From Acidobacteriota bacterium (GTDB taxonomy: Bacteria > Acidobacteriota > Thermoanaerobaculia > Gp7-AA8): 64,000 nucleotides of DNA. The position numbers and the translations under genes are program-made. The DNA is taken from NCBI GenBank assembly GCA_019244185.1, contig JAFATB010000010.1, positions 1-64,000 of the forward strand, read 5' to 3'. Position 1 is the stretch's first letter, and each line of letters starts with the position of its first letter. The notes under the pieces are model-generated. The model worked only from the letters and a program-made list of their open reading frames with translations. It searched no databases and was not told the DNA's origin. Below are positions 20,929-35,006 of this stretch, in pieces.

Positions 20929-22103
20929 CAGGGGGTCTTCGGCACGACGACCCAGTTCGTCCAAACGCGCGCGCTCTCGTTGCCGTTCTTGTCGATCGCG
21001 GTCACGGCGTACTTGTACGCGATGCCGAGATCGGCGCGCGAATCGACCCAGCTGTTCGTCGTCACCGGCGGTCCGAGCGGGATGGTTCCCGCCTCCTTGA
21101 TGTTGACATGGCCGACGCCCTCGGTGCGGTAGAGGCGATAGCCGGCGAGGTCGGGCGCCTGCACTGGATCCCAGATCAACCGCACCGCGCCCGTCTCGAC
21201 GAGCGCCTCGAGTCCCGTCGGCGCGGGCGGCGCCACGAGATCCTTGAACGTCACCCGCGCGGGCGCGGAGGCATCGCTCTGCACGAGCGGCGGTCCGGAC
21301 GCGGCGACGGCGGTCACGCGGTATTCGTGCTCGCCGTACGGCGGCGCGTCGGTGAAGGTCGTCGTGGTGACGAGCGATGGATTGATCGGCGCGGCAAGCT
21401 CGCCCGGCGCTTGTCCCGGCGCGCTGCGGTAGATGTTGTAGCCGATGACGATCGGACCGCCGGTGCCGGTGGTCGTCTGCGTCGGCGCGGACCAGTTGAG
21501 CGTCACGCCTTCCGTCTTCGCGGTCGCTGCCAGTGACGCGGGCGGTACGGAGACGGGGAGCGGCACGAGGATGGCGAGATTCGAGTAGTCGCTGTGCGCG
21601 GTGCCGCCTTCCGTGACGACGGCGTAGTTGACGCGCACGGGGCGACCGTCGGCGGAGCGCGTCGGCGGCGTGTCGGTGTAGATGAGCTTCGCGCCGCTGG
21701 TGGCGGTCGAGAAGTTGGCCTTTTCTATGCTGTAAATCCTGTGGCTGAGCTTCGCGAACTGCACCTGCGAAATCGTCGGAATGCGTGCGAACTGTGCCTG
21801 CGGCTGCGGTTGCGTCGGATCGACGTTGCCCGGCTGCAGCGCGTTCGGATCGCGTCCGCCGGCGGGCACCGGAAGCTCTTCGTCGTAACGGTAAATCGAA
21901 ATCCGGCGTACGTTGGTGAGGCTGCGTCCGGCCGTCGTGAGCGCGGGATAGCTCCAGGACAGAATCACATTGTCGGCGCGCTGTGTTACTACTAGGTCGC
22001 TGGTCGCCTGCGGGATGATCGGCACGGGCGGCTTCGGGTCGCCGCGTTTGCCACAAGCCACGAGGACGAACACGGGGACGACGAGCGCCAGGAGTTTCTT
22101 CAC
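20928..22103 (-). CDS. Lipoprotein with fibronectin type III-like domains
   Basis: Lipobox VLVA-CGKRGDPKPP; GYNIYR, YRVTAV, YAVTAIDKNGNES. Confidence 0.82.
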   Translation of the reverse strand: MKKLLALVVPVFVLVACGKRGDPKPPVPIIPQATSDLVVTQRADNVILSWSYPALTTAGRSLTNVRRISIYRYDEELPVPAGGRDPNALQPGNVDPTQPQPQAQFARIPTISQVQFAKLSHRIYSIEKANFSTATSGAKLIYTDTPPTRSADGRPVRVNYAVVTEGGTAHSDYSNLAILVPLPVSVPPASLAATAKTEGVTLNWSAPTQTTTGTGGPIVIGYNIYRSAPGQAPGELAAPINPSLVTTTTFTDAPPYGEHEYRVTAVAASGPPLVQSDASAPARVTFKDLVAPPAPTGLEALVETGAVRLIWDPVQAPDLAGYRLYRTEGVGHVNIKEAGTIPLGPPVTTNSWVDSRADLGIAYKYAVTAIDKNGNESARVWTNWVVVPKTP

Positions 22104-22130
22104 CGGCGCGAATTCTAAAGGACTTCGAAC

Positions 22131-23966
<1,836 letters not shown>

Positions 23967-24020
23967 CCGGCGCGGCCGGACTTACGGAACGACTGCGGCT
24001 ACAATCGCCGTCACTCCACC

Positions 24021-25487
24021 ATGCTCCTCATCCCCATCGGACGCGACGAGTCCGAGATCCGCCGCCACGCGTGGGTGTCGTACGTTCTCATCGCGCTGAA
24101 CATCCTCGTCTTCGTCGCGGTCGAGACGTCGATGCGCTCGTCGAAGATGGCCGGTCTGCAGCTCGCGTGGCAGGACGCGATCTCCTACCTCGGCCAGCAT
24201 CCGTATCTCACGCCGCCGCCGGAGATGGAGCGGATCCTCGGCCCGGGGCTGCCACAACAACTCGCCGCCGCGCGCCGCCTCGTGGCGAACCCGCCGCCTC
24301 CGGCGCTCATGGCGACGCAGCAGGCGGTGCTCGACCGGCTCGCGTCGACGGCGGTCGCGGGGTATCGACGTTTACCTCTGATCCACTACGGCTACGTCCC
24401 CGCCGAAGGCGGCGCGTGGCGGATGCTGACGTCGATGTTCATCCACACCGGCTTCCTGCATCTCATCGGCAATCTGCTGTTCTTCTTCCTGTCCGGACCG
24501 TTCGTGGAGGACGTGTTCGGGCGGCCGCTGTTCGCGTTCCTCTACATCAGCGGCGGCATCGCGGCGGCGCTGACGTACGTGCTCCGCCATCCCGACGGCA
24601 CGATCGCTCTCGTCGGCGCGTCTGGCGCGATCGCGGCGGTGATGGGGGCGTACTTCATCCGCTTCTTCCGCTCGAAGGTCGAGTTCCTGTTCGTGCCGCT
24701 GCTGTACCGTCCGACCTTCAACTTCCGCTTCTTCCTGCCGGCATTCGTGGTGCTGCCGCTCTGGTTCGTGCAGCAGTTCTTCGAGATGGCGGCCGAAGGC
24801 GCGGGCGGCGGCGTGGCGTTCTCCGCGCACGTGGGCGGGTTTCTCTACGGCGTCGCGTTCGCGTTCGTCGTGCGCGCGCTCAAGGTCGAAGAAAAGTACG
24901 TCGATCCCGCCGTGGCGAAGGAAACGACGTGGACGATGGATCCGCGCGTGACGCGCGCGCTCGCGGCGCGCTCCGTCGGCGACGTGGCCAGCGCGAAGCG
25001 CGAGCTGCAGTCGCTGCTGCGCGAGCAGCCGAAGCACGTCGAAGCGCTCCGTGTCGCCGTCGACGTCGCACTGCAGAACGACGAGCCGTCGATGCTCGAC
25101 TCGTGCGCGACGCGGCTCCTGTCCGTCTATCTCGAACAGAAGCAGAACGAGCTCGCGCTCGACCTCATCCACGAACTGCAACGCGAGCGTCTCCCGAAGT
25201 TCCTCGGCCGCGCCGCGGCGTTTCTCGAGCGCACGGACCGCGACGGCGCCCTGGCGCTGTACGAGGAGCTCGTGACCATCGATCCAAATGGACCGAATGC
25301 GGTGCCGTCGCTGGTGAAGCTCGGAACGCTGCTGCGGCTGACCGGCGACGTGACGCGGGCGCGCGCGGCCTTCGATCGCGCCCGTGCCCATCCGGCGTGC
25401 ACCGCCGAATGGGCACCGACGATCGACGCGAAGCTCGCGCAGCTCGGAGCGGCGGCTACGCCGTCCGTCCCGCCGTCGCGGGCGTGA
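24021..25487 (+). CDS. Rhomboid intramembrane protease with C-terminal TPR-like region
   Basis: HLIGN, VGASGAIA (Ser), AHVGGF (His); helical C-terminus. Confidence 0.88.
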   Translation: MLLIPIGRDESEIRRHAWVSYVLIALNILVFVAVETSMRSSKMAGLQLAWQDAISYLGQHPYLTPPPEMERILGPGLPQQLAAARRLVANPPPPALMATQQAVLDRLASTAVAGYRRLPLIHYGYVPAEGGAWRMLTSMFIHTGFLHLIGNLLFFFLSGPFVEDVFGRPLFAFLYISGGIAAALTYVLRHPDGTIALVGASGAIAAVMGAYFIRFFRSKVEFLFVPLLYRPTFNFRFFLPAFVVLPLWFVQQFFEMAAEGAGGGVAFSAHVGGFLYGVAFAFVVRALKVEEKYVDPAVAKETTWTMDPRVTRALAARSVGDVASAKRELQSLLREQPKHVEALRVAVDVALQNDEPSMLDSCATRLLSVYLEQKQNELALDLIHELQRERLPKFLGRAAAFLERTDRDGALALYEELVTIDPNGPNAVPSLVKLGTLLRLTGDVTRARAAFDRARAHPACTAEWAPTIDAKLAQLGAAATPSVPPSRA

Positions 25488-25851
25488 TCACCGCGCGCGT
25501 CATGAACGCGCCGACGAGGAAGATCGCGCCGAGCGCGATGTGGATCAGGTGATCGACGGTCCCGAACATCAGCTGTCCCGGCAAAACCGTGAACATGCGG
25601 TCCGAGCCGGTGCCGAGCGCGAAGCCGACGATGCCGAGGAGCAGGTAGACCGCGCCGAAGACGAGACAGAACGTCTTCGCCGCGCTCGGCGAGCCCTTCA
25701 GGCCGATCCAGAGCGAGATGGCGCCGCTGACGAGGTGGACGATGTTGTGCGCGAGGGTGAGGTGTGCGCCGAGGAGAGCGGGCATTACGAAGCCGAGGAT
25801 ACCGACGAGCAGGAAGCCGATACCGAGAATGGTTGCGACTCGATTCGCCAT
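25456..25851 (-). CDS. DUF4383-like small membrane protein
   Basis: HNIVHLVSG, four TM segments, DHLIH; RBS AGGAGG. Confidence 0.7.
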   Translation of the reverse strand: MANRVATILGIGFLLVGILGFVMPALLGAHLTLAHNIVHLVSGAISLWIGLKGSPSAAKTFCLVFGAVYLLLGIVGFALGTGSDRMFTVLPGQLMFGTVDHLIHIALGAIFLVGAFMTRAVITPATAGRTA

Positions 25852-25883
25852 GGGGCCCCTCCTTTTTTATTGAGGGACTTATG

Positions 25884-26960
25884 TTAACGCGTAATCCAGC
25901 CGCCGCCGAGACAAAGATCAGCCTGGTAGAAAACGACCGCCTGTCCCGGCGCGACGCCCCTCAGTTTCTGCGCGAACGACACGCGCGCGCGATCGCCGTC
26001 CAGCGGCGTCACCATGGCCGCGACGTCCGCCATGCGCGAACGCACGCGCGCCTGCACCTCGATCGGTCCTGACGGCGGCGCGCCCGCGATCCAATGCACG
26101 CGCTGCGCGACGAGCTCGTCGCGCTCGAGCGCGGATGCAGATCCGACGACCACGCGCTTCGTGAACGGGTTCACATCGACGACGTACGTGCGCTCCGCGC
26201 TGCCGCCCAGATCGAGGCCGCGGCGCTGGCCGATCGTGAAGTGGTAGTAGCCGTCGTGCGTGCCGACGACGTTGCCGTCGACGTCGACGATCTCGCCCGC
26301 GTGCTCGCCCGGCGCAATCCCCGCCTCGCGCTCGACGATCGCTGGATATCCATCTTTCTGCGGCACGAAGCAGATCTCGTACGACTCTTTCTTGCGCGCG
26401 ACGCTGAGGCCCGCCTCTTCCGCGATGCCGCGCACTTCCGGCTTCGTGAGCTCGCCGAGCGGAAAGAGCGCCTCCGCCAACTGCGCCTGCGAGAGCTCGA
26501 ACAAAAAGTACGACTGGTCTTTCGCGAGGTCGCGCGCCTTTCGCAACGCGAAGCTACCGTCTTCACGCGTGATCCGCGCGTAGTGCCCGGTCGCGATTTT
26601 CTCGGCGCCGATCGCAATCGCTTTCTGGTGAAACAGATCGAACTTGACGTGCGTGTTGCACAAAACGCACGGACTCGGCGTCGTGCCCGCCAGATATCCC
26701 TGCACGAACGGCGTCACGACTTTGTCGTGAAAATTCGCCTCGAGGTTCAGCGTGAAATGCGGGATCTCCAATCGCCACGCGACGCGCCGCGCATCCGCCA
26801 GGTCGTCGATCGTGCAGCAGCCGCCGTACGTGGTGTCGGCATTGCCGAGGTTGTCGTACATCTGCATCGAGAGACCGACGACGTCGTGCCCCTGCGATTT
26901 CAGCAGATACGCGGCCGTCGACGAATCGACTCCGCCCGACATCGCGACCGCGATTTTCAT
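25884..26960 (-). CDS. mnmA: tRNA 2-thiouridylase MnmA
   Basis: AMSGGVDSS, TPSPCVLCN, ATGHYA, KDQSYFL, TIGQRRG, PGQAVVFY. Confidence 0.96.
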   Translation of the reverse strand: MKIAVAMSGGVDSSTAAYLLKSQGHDVVGLSMQMYDNLGNADTTYGGCCTIDDLADARRVAWRLEIPHFTLNLEANFHDKVVTPFVQGYLAGTTPSPCVLCNTHVKFDLFHQKAIAIGAEKIATGHYARITREDGSFALRKARDLAKDQSYFLFELSQAQLAEALFPLGELTKPEVRGIAEEAGLSVARKKESYEICFVPQKDGYPAIVEREAGIAPGEHAGEIVDVDGNVVGTHDGYYHFTIGQRRGLDLGGSAERTYVVDVNPFTKRVVVGSASALERDELVAQRVHWIAGAPPSGPIEVQARVRSRMADVAAMVTPLDGDRARVSFAQKLRGVAPGQAVVFYQADLCLGGGWITR

Positions 26961-27003
26961 CCAACGCTCGCTAACGGAGGACATCAGGCATAATTCCACC
27001 GCC

Positions 27004-27393
27004 GTGGACGTAGCAGTGCAGCCGATTTCGGTGTTGGTCGTGGACGACGATCCGAGTATTCGCGGACTCGTCATGGCCGCGCTGCGACGCGATGCCCGCA
27101 GCTATCGCTTCCTCGAAGCACCCAACGGCCGCGAGGCGCTCGACCTGATGCGCAGCGAACATCCCGACGTGGTCGTGCTCGATCTGATGATGCCTGTCCT
27201 CAGCGGCTGGGACGTGCTCCGCGAACGCGCGAACGACGAGGCGCTGCAGAAGATCCCGGTGATCGTCGTGAGCGCGAACCGCGATCCCGAAGTCGCCACC
27301 GCCGTCACCAGCGGCATCTGCGCGTTCCTCCCCAAGCCCTTCGACATCGGCGCCCTGACGGCACTCGTGCGCAGCTGCGTCGCACCGGGGTGA
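27004..27393 (+). CDS. Single-domain response regulator (CheY-like)
   Basis: VLVVDDD, DLMMP (phospho-Asp), KPF; start uncertain (GTG 27004 or 27016). Confidence 0.88.
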   Translation: MDVAVQPISVLVVDDDPSIRGLVMAALRRDARSYRFLEAPNGREALDLMRSEHPDVVVLDLMMPVLSGWDVLRERANDEALQKIPVIVVSANRDPEVATAVTSGICAFLPKPFDIGALTALVRSCVAPG

Positions 27394-27396
27394 CGA

Positions 27397-27572
27397 CGGA
27401 AGACGACGAGAGCGCCTCCGGCGGGCCGGCACGGCCGGCAGCGCTAAGGGCCTAGCCTAGACGCACGCGAGGTCGCACTGATCGCGCAAACAGCAGCCGC
27501 ACGTGCGTACTGGCTAAGCCCTTAGCGCTGCCGGCCGCGCCGGCCCGCCGGAGGCGCTCCCGTCGTCTTCCG
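27397..27572. repeat. 61-bp inverted repeat formed by two copies of a dispersed palindromic element
   Basis: 27397-27457 matches the reverse complement of 27512-27572 with 3 mismatches; lies between convergent genes. Confidence 0.9.
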
Positions 27573-30500
27573 GCTCGTACGCCAGATTGGGCGCGAGCCA
27601 GCGCTCGGTTTCGGCGACCGTCATGCCTTTGCGTTTGGCGTAGTCGGCAACCTGGTCGGGACCGATTTTGCCGACGGCGAAGTAGCGGGATTGGGGGTGG
27701 GCGAAGTAGAGACCGCTGACGGAGGCGGCGGGCGTCATGGCGAAGGACTCGGTGAGGTGGATGCCGAGATGGTCGGCGCCGAGGAGTGTGAAGAGCGTTT
27801 GCTTTTCGGTGTGATCGGGGGAGGCGGGGTAGCCGGGGGCGGGGCGGATGCCGCTGTACTTCTCGTCGATGAGGTCTTCGTTGGAGAGCGTCTCGTCGGG
27901 CGCGTACCAGGAGCGGCGCAGGTCGCGGTGGAGTTTCTCGGCGAGCGCTTCGGCGAGGCGATCGGCGAGGGCTTTGGTCATGATCGAGTTGTAGTCGTCG
28001 TGATCGCGCTGGAAGCGCGCGACGATCTCCTCGACGCCGATGCCCGCGGTCACGGCGAAGCCGCCGACGTAATCGTTCGCCGGCGCGATGAAGTCAGCGA
28101 GGGCGAGGTTCGTGCCGCTGTTTGTCTCCTGTTGCTGGCGGAGCGTGTGGAAGCGTGCGCCGTCGACGAGGATGTCGTCGCCGTCGCGTTGCGCGGGCCA
28201 GATGCCGTAGACGGCGCGCGCGGTGAGGAGGCGTTTCTCGATGATCTCGGCGAGCAGCTTGCGCGCGTCGTCGTAGAGCTCGCGTGCGCGCGGCTCGTCG
28301 AGGATTTGCGGATAGCGCCCGCGGAGCTCCCACGTCTGGAAGAACGGCGTCCAGTCGATGAACGGCTCGAGCGAATCGAGCGGCACGTCGTCGAGCGTGC
28401 GTACGCCGGTGAACGGCGGCGGGACGGGCGCGAAGTCGAGCTTCGGCGCGCGGCGGCGTGCTTCGGCGAGCGGCAGGATGACGCGGTCGCCGGCGTGGGC
28501 TTCCTGTTGTGCGCGGAGGCGCGCGAATTCTTCCGCGGTCGTGCGCGCGAACTCATCGCGTTTGTCGGTGAGCAGTGCGTTCACGACGCCGACGGCGCGC
28601 GAAGCGTCGAGCACGTGGATCGTCGGCGCGTGATAGCGCGGCGCGATTTTCACGGCGGTGTGCAGCTTCGAGGTGGTGGCGCCGCCGATGAGGAGCGGGA
28701 TGCGGAAGTTGCGGCGTTCCATCTCGCGCGCGACGTGGACCATCTCGTCGAGCGACGGCGTGATGAGGCCGGAGAGGCCGATGAGATCGACGTTCTCGGC
28801 GATCGCCGTGTCGAGAATTTTCTCGGAGGACACCATCACGCCGAGGTCGAGGACCTGGTAGTTGTTGCAGCCGAGAACGACGCCGACGATGTTCTTCCCG
28901 ATGTCGTGCACGTCGCCTTTCACGGTGGCCATGAGGATTTTTCCGCGGACGGACGTATCGCCGGCCTGCGCTTTTTCCGCTTCCATGTAGGGAAGCAGAT
29001 ACGCCACCGCTTTCTTCATGACGCGCGCGCTTTTCACGACCTGGGGGAGGAACATCTTGCCGGCGCCGAAGAGATTGCCGACGACGTTCATGCCGTCCAT
29101 CAGCGGACCTTCGATGATCGAGAGGCCGGTCGGGTACGTCTGGCGCGCTTCCTCGACGTCCTGCTCGACGTGGTCGACGATGCCTTTCACGAGCGCGTGC
29201 GAGAGCCGCTCTTCCACGCTCCCGTTGCGCCATTCCTCCGCTTCTTTTTCGGCGGCCTTGCCTTTGCCTTTGACCGTTTCCGCGAACGCGATCAGGCGTT
29301 CGGTGGCGTCGGGGCGGCGGTTGAGGAGGACGTCTTCGACGAGCTCGAGGAGGTCTTTCGGAATCTCCTCGTAGATGCCGAGCTGGCCGGCGTTGACGAT
29401 GCCCATCGTGAGGCCGGCGCGGATCGCGTGATAGAGAAACGCCGCGTGCATCGCCTCGCGCACGACGTTGTTGCCGCGGAACGAGAACGACACGTTGCTG
29501 ATGCCGCCGGACGTGCTGGCGAGCGGGAAGCGTTCGTGGAGCTGGCGCACGGCTTCGATGAAGTTGATGCCGTACGCGTTGTGCTCGTCCATGCCGGTGG
29601 CGACGGTGAGCACGTTGACGTCGAAGATGACGTCGCACGGATCGAAGCCAACGTCGCTCACGAGAATGTCGTACGCGCGCGAGCAGATCGCGACCTTGCG
29701 CTCGACGGTGTCGGCCTGGCCTTGCTCGTCGAACGCCATCACGATCACGGCGGCGCCGTAGCGTCTGCAGAGGCGCGCGTGTTCCTTGAAGACTTCTTCG
29801 CCTTCCTTGAGCGAGATCGAGTTGACGACCGACTTGCCCTGCAGGCATTTGAGGCCCGCCTCGAGCACCGACCACTTCGAGCTGTCGACCATGATCGGCA
29901 CTTTGGCGATGTCGGGCTCGGAGCCGATGAGGTTGAGGAACGTGGTCATGACCTTCTCGGAGTCGAGGAGGCCTTCGTCCATGTTGACGTCGAGGATGTT
30001 CGCGCCGCCGTCGATCTGCTGCCGCGCGACGCGCAGCGCGCCTTCGAGATCGTTCGCCTTAATGAGCTGCGCGAACTTCGGCGAGCCGGTGACGTTGGTG
30101 CGCTCGCCGACCATGATGAAGTTCGAGTCGGGGCGCACGGTGAGCGGCTCGAGTCCGGAGAGGCGCAGGTAGCGCGGCGGATCCGCCGGGACGCGCGGCG
30201 CGAACGCGCGCACCGTTTCAGCGATGAGACGGATGTGATCGGGGCCGGTGCCGCAGCAGCCGCCGACGAGGTTGAGCCAGCCGTTCGACGCGTAGTCGCG
30301 CAGCGTGTCGGCCATCATGCGCGGCGTCTCGTCGTAGCCGCCGAGCGCGTTCGGGAGGCCTGCGTTCGGATAGCAGGACATGAAGACGTGCGCGAGCGAC
30401 GAGAGCTCCTCGACGTGCGGGCGCATGTCTTCCGCGCCGAGGGCGCAGTTGATGCCGACGGCGAGAAGGGGAGCGTGGCGGATCGAGTTCCAGCACGCTT

Positions 30501-31185
30501 CGACGGTTTGCCCGGAGAGCGTGCGGCCGGAGGCGTCGGTGATCGTGAGCGACGCGATGACGGGGAGCGTCGTGCCGGTGTCGGCGAAGTACTTCTCGAT
30601 GGCGAACAGCGCGGCCTTGAGGTTCAGCGTATCGAACGTCGTCTCCGGCATCAGGATGTCGACGCCGCCGTCGACGAGGCCGCGCGTCTGCTCGTAGTAC
30701 GCGTCGACGAGCTCGTCGAAGGTGACGGTGCGGATGGCGGGATTGTTGACGTCGGGCGAGAGCGACGCCGTGCGGTTCGTGGGACCCATCGAGCCGGCGA
30801 CGAAGCGCGGCTTGTCGGGCGTCGAGTACGCGTCGCACGCGCGCCGCGCGAGCTGCGCGGCGGCGACATTGATGTCGTAGAGGAACGGCTCGAGCGCGTA
30901 GTCGGCCGCGGAGATCGCCTGTGCGTTGAAGGTGTTCGTCTCGATGATGTCGCTGCCGGCGTCGAGGTACTCGCGGTGGATTTCCTCGATGATGTCGGGA
31001 CGCGTGAGACAGAGCACGTCCGCCGCCCCTTTGAGATCGCGCGGATGATCGGCGAAGCGCGTTCCTCGGTAGTCGCTCTCCTGCAGCCGGTAGCGCTGGA
31101 TCATCGTGCCCATCGCGCCGTCGAGCACGAGGATGCGTTCGGAGAGGAGGCGGCGAAGTTCGTCGGTGCGATCTGGCTGCGGCAT
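27514..31185 (-). CDS. metH: Cobalamin-dependent methionine synthase
   Basis: [33 protein letters not shown] (B12 His), RPAPGYP. Confidence 0.98.
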   Translation of the reverse strand: MPQPDRTDELRRLLSERILVLDGAMGTMIQRYRLQESDYRGTRFADHPRDLKGAADVLCLTRPDIIEEIHREYLDAGSDIIETNTFNAQAISAADYALEPFLYDINVAAAQLARRACDAYSTPDKPRFVAGSMGPTNRTASLSPDVNNPAIRTVTFDELVDAYYEQTRGLVDGGVDILMPETTFDTLNLKAALFAIEKYFADTGTTLPVIASLTITDASGRTLSGQTVEACWNSIRHAPLLAVGINCALGAEDMRPHVEELSSLAHVFMSCYPNAGLPNALGGYDETPRMMADTLRDYASNGWLNLVGGCCGTGPDHIRLIAETVRAFAPRVPADPPRYLRLSGLEPLTVRPDSNFIMVGERTNVTGSPKFAQLIKANDLEGALRVARQQIDGGANILDVNMDEGLLDSEKVMTTFLNLIGSEPDIAKVPIMVDSSKWSVLEAGLKCLQGKSVVNSISLKEGEEVFKEHARLCRRYGAAVIVMAFDEQGQADTVERKVAICSRAYDILVSDVGFDPCDVIFDVNVLTVATGMDEHNAYGINFIEAVRQLHERFPLASTSGGISNVSFSFRGNNVVREAMHAAFLYHAIRAGLTMGIVNAGQLGIYEEIPKDLLELVEDVLLNRRPDATERLIAFAETVKGKGKAAEKEAEEWRNGSVEERLSHALVKGIVDHVEQDVEEARQTYPTGLSIIEGPLMDGMNVVGNLFGAGKMFLPQVVKSARVMKKAVAYLLPYMEAEKAQAGDTSVRGKILMATVKGDVHDIGKNIVGVVLGCNNYQVLDLGVMVSSEKILDTAIAENVDLIGLSGLITPSLDEMVHVAREMERRNFRIPLLIGGATTSKLHTAVKIAPRYHAPTIHVLDASRAVGVVNALLTDKRDEFARTTAEEFARLRAQQEAHAGDRVILPLAEARRRAPKLDFAPVPPPFTGVRTLDDVPLDSLEPFIDWTPFFQTWELRGRYPQILDEPRARELYDDARKLLAEIIEKRLLTARAVYGIWPAQRDGDDILVDGARFHTLRQQQETNSGTNLALADFIAPANDYVGGFAVTAGIGVEEIVARFQRDHDDYNSIMTKALADRLAEALAEKLHRDLRRSWYAPDETLSNEDLIDEKYSGIRPAPGYPASPDHTEKQTLFTLLGADHLGIHLTESFAMTPAASVSGLYFAHPQSRYFAVGKIGPDQVADYAKRKGMTVAETERWLAPNLAYEPEDDGSASGGPARPAALRA

Positions 31186-31199
31186 CAGAGGTCTCCCGG

Positions 31200-31229
31200 A
31201 AAACAAAAAGCCCCGCAGATTTGCGGGGC
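31200..31229 (-). terminator. Intrinsic terminator in the metH leader
   Basis: Minus strand GCCCCGCA-AAUC-UGCGGGGC followed by UUUUUGUUUU, 14 nt before the metH ATG. Confidence 0.85.
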
Positions 31230-31261
31230 CGCTAAAGTCGCTAAAGAGAAGCAGACTCGTG

Positions 31262-31318
31262 CCGGCTCTTTAGCTTTTTTTAACCTGGTTGCAAGCGACC
31301 CGCAAATCAGTCCAGGGA
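31262..31318 (-). ncRNA. SAM-II (SAM_alpha-like) riboswitch aptamer
   Basis: Minus strand CCUGG-acUGAUUUG-cgggucg-CUUGCaa-CCAGG-UUAAAaaaa-GCUAAAGAG matches the SAM-II consensus; upstream of metH. Confidence 0.8.
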
Positions 31319-31324
31319 ACGCGC

Positions 31325-31333
31325 ACTATATCA
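31325..31333 (-). promoter_or_regulatory. Extended -10 promoter for the metH leader
   Basis: TGaTATAGT on the minus strand ~6 nt before the riboswitch 5' end. Confidence 0.6.
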
Positions 31334-31340
31334 TGCGCCC

Positions 31341-32483
31341 ATGACCGTCACCGACGCGCGCGCGCCGATCGCACATACCGACCCCGTCAATGCGCAGATC
31401 CTCGCCGTGTCGGAAGATCGCATTCAAGGGTTCGTGCGCGATCCGTTCGGCGAGATCGCGGCGAAGTCGGGCGTCGACGTCGACGCGGTGCTCGAGCGTA
31501 TCGCGGCGATGCTGCAGGCGGGCACGATCCGCCGCGTGCGGCAGACGCTGATGGCCACGAACCTCGCTGAAGGCGCGCTCGTCGCGTGGCAGCTGCCGCC
31601 GGAGAAGCTCGACTCCGCGTTCGATTTTCTCTTCCGCGAGGATCCGTTCTCCGGACACGTCGTCATCCGCTCGACGGACGCGGCGACGCCCGGCTCGAAC
31701 TACCGCCTCTGGACGACGATCAAAGTGCCGCAGGGCTATTCGCTGGAGAAGCATTGCGCGTTTCTGGCGAAGCTCATCGGCGCGGAGCATTTTCGCGTGA
31801 TGCCGGCGCATCGCATCTTCGCGTTGGGCGTCGGCCACGTGCGGCGCAAGGGGATGGAGCCGGGCTCGAAGTCCGACGACCTCGCGGATGTAAAAGATAC
31901 GGCGAAGGTCGAGCTGTCGGATCTCGAATGGCAAGTGCTGACGGCCTTGAAACGCGAGCTGACGCCGGACGAGATCCGGCGCGACGTCTGGACCGCGCGT
32001 GCGATCGAGGCGAACGTGCCGCTGGAGACGTTCTTCGAGGTCGCGGAACATCTCAATCGCCGCGGCGTGGTCGGACGCTTCTCGACGTTTCTCGAACACG
32101 TCAAGCCGCTGCAGACGGGCGAGCGCGTCACGCGCTTCAATGCGCTCTTCCACTGGGCGGTACCGCCGGGACGCGAGCTCGAGGCGGGACGCGAGGTCGG
32201 CCGCTTCGACATCCTGACGCACTGCTACTGGCGCGAAGGCGGCCCGGAGTTCCGCAACGTGAACATCATGGCCGTCGCGCACGGCACGGACAAAGAGCTC
32301 GTGCTCGCGCACAAGCGCGCCATCGACGAGCATCTCGCGAGCATCGGCATTCCGGTGAGCTACACGAACGTGTTCTGGGGAGGCCGCAGCGAGATCAAGC
32401 CGAGCGAGATCTCGCCGTTCGCGTATCGCGACTGGTGCTGGGCGCGCGGCGTCGATCCCGAATCGATGCGCGAGACGGCGTAG
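31341..32483 (+). CDS. Fused siroheme decarboxylase-like protein (AhbA/AhbB, Lrp/AsnC-like)
   Basis: Two Lrp-like repeats (DPFGEIA..G.IRR, ALVAW, GH...R; ALFHW, THCYWR). Confidence 0.7.
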   Translation: MTVTDARAPIAHTDPVNAQILAVSEDRIQGFVRDPFGEIAAKSGVDVDAVLERIAAMLQAGTIRRVRQTLMATNLAEGALVAWQLPPEKLDSAFDFLFREDPFSGHVVIRSTDAATPGSNYRLWTTIKVPQGYSLEKHCAFLAKLIGAEHFRVMPAHRIFALGVGHVRRKGMEPGSKSDDLADVKDTAKVELSDLEWQVLTALKRELTPDEIRRDVWTARAIEANVPLETFFEVAEHLNRRGVVGRFSTFLEHVKPLQTGERVTRFNALFHWAVPPGRELEAGREVGRFDILTHCYWREGGPEFRNVNIMAVAHGTDKELVLAHKRAIDEHLASIGIPVSYTNVFWGGRSEIKPSEISPFAYRDWCWARGVDPESMRETA

Positions 32484-32485
32484 CG

Positions 32486-33253
32486 TCACCGCAGTTGCCG
32501 CAGCAGCGCCGCCGCGAAGCGATCCGTGCGCTCGCGATCGCCGCGCAGAAAGAGCGACGGCTCGATGAGCTCGAGCTCCATCAGCGTGATGCCCGCGGCG
32601 CGCTCGACGAGATCGACGCGCGCGTACACCGGCATCGACGGCGCGCGTTCGAGCACGAAGCGCGCGTAGTCGAGCATCGCGGACGACGGCTCGGCCGGCG
32701 TCGCGGAGCCGCCGAGTTCTTCCTGCACGCGAAAGTCGCCGCTGCGCGGCCGCTTGACGACGGCGTGGCTGAACGCGCCGTCGAAGAAGAGCAGCGACCA
32801 TTCGCCGGCCGTCGCGATCTCGGAGACGAACTCCTGCACGAGCAGGTCGTCGGCGAAGTAGCGCGTCTCGTATGCGGACGCCGAGACCGCCGGCTTGATG
32901 ACGACGTTGCGCACGAGCTGCGACGCCGGAATGCGCACGCCCTCCGACGCGAGCCCGAGGAGATACGACTTGTGCAGGTTCCAGCGCAGCAGCGAGGGCG
33001 GATTCACGAGCGTCGTCAGGCGCGCAACGCGTTCGATCCATGCGTCGAATTCAGCGACGCGCAGGTGATAGTCCCAGCACGAGCGGACGACGACGAGCGC
33101 GTAGCGCGACCAGTCGATCGACGCGTCGCTCCAGATCACCGGCTCCGCGTCGAAGCCGCCGTCGCGCAACGCGGGAATCAGCGCCGCATCATCCGGCGAG
33201 AGCTCGGGCCAGGAAGCGGACGTGGCGAGTGCGATCGTACGGCGGGCGCTCAC
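32486..33253 (-). CDS. ATP-grasp protein (RimK/glutathione-synthetase-like)
   Basis: VRSCWDY, WNLHKSYL, VIKP, GDFRVQEELGG, YARVD, MELELIEPSLF. Confidence 0.82.
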   Translation of the reverse strand: MSARRTIALATSASWPELSPDDAALIPALRDGGFDAEPVIWSDASIDWSRYALVVVRSCWDYHLRVAEFDAWIERVARLTTLVNPPSLLRWNLHKSYLLGLASEGVRIPASQLVRNVVIKPAVSASAYETRYFADDLLVQEFVSEIATAGEWSLLFFDGAFSHAVVKRPRSGDFRVQEELGGSATPAEPSSAMLDYARFVLERAPSMPVYARVDLVERAAGITLMELELIEPSLFLRGDRERTDRFAAALLRQLR

Positions 33254-33265
33254 GAGTCGCGGAGT

Positions 33266-34882
<1,617 letters not shown>

Positions 34883-34905
34883 GATCGGCGCTGTCAACAG
34901 CAGGC

Positions 34906-35006
34906 TTGCAGAAAGACTTCCGAGAGATTAATCTTAGTCATACAAGCGCAGAAATAAAACAGAACGCGCGAGAAGTTACGCAAAACATGAGCAGTAATGA
35001 CTAAGA
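34906..35006 (+). promoter_or_regulatory. hsp20 promoter with inverted operator-like half sites
   Basis: TTGCAG-17-TAATCT; TCTTAGTCAT (34932-41) and ATGACTAAGA (34997-35006) are exact reverse complements. Confidence 0.55.

Noticed and set aside
22104-22130. glmS ribozyme
   Set aside because: Intergenic gap is only 27 bp
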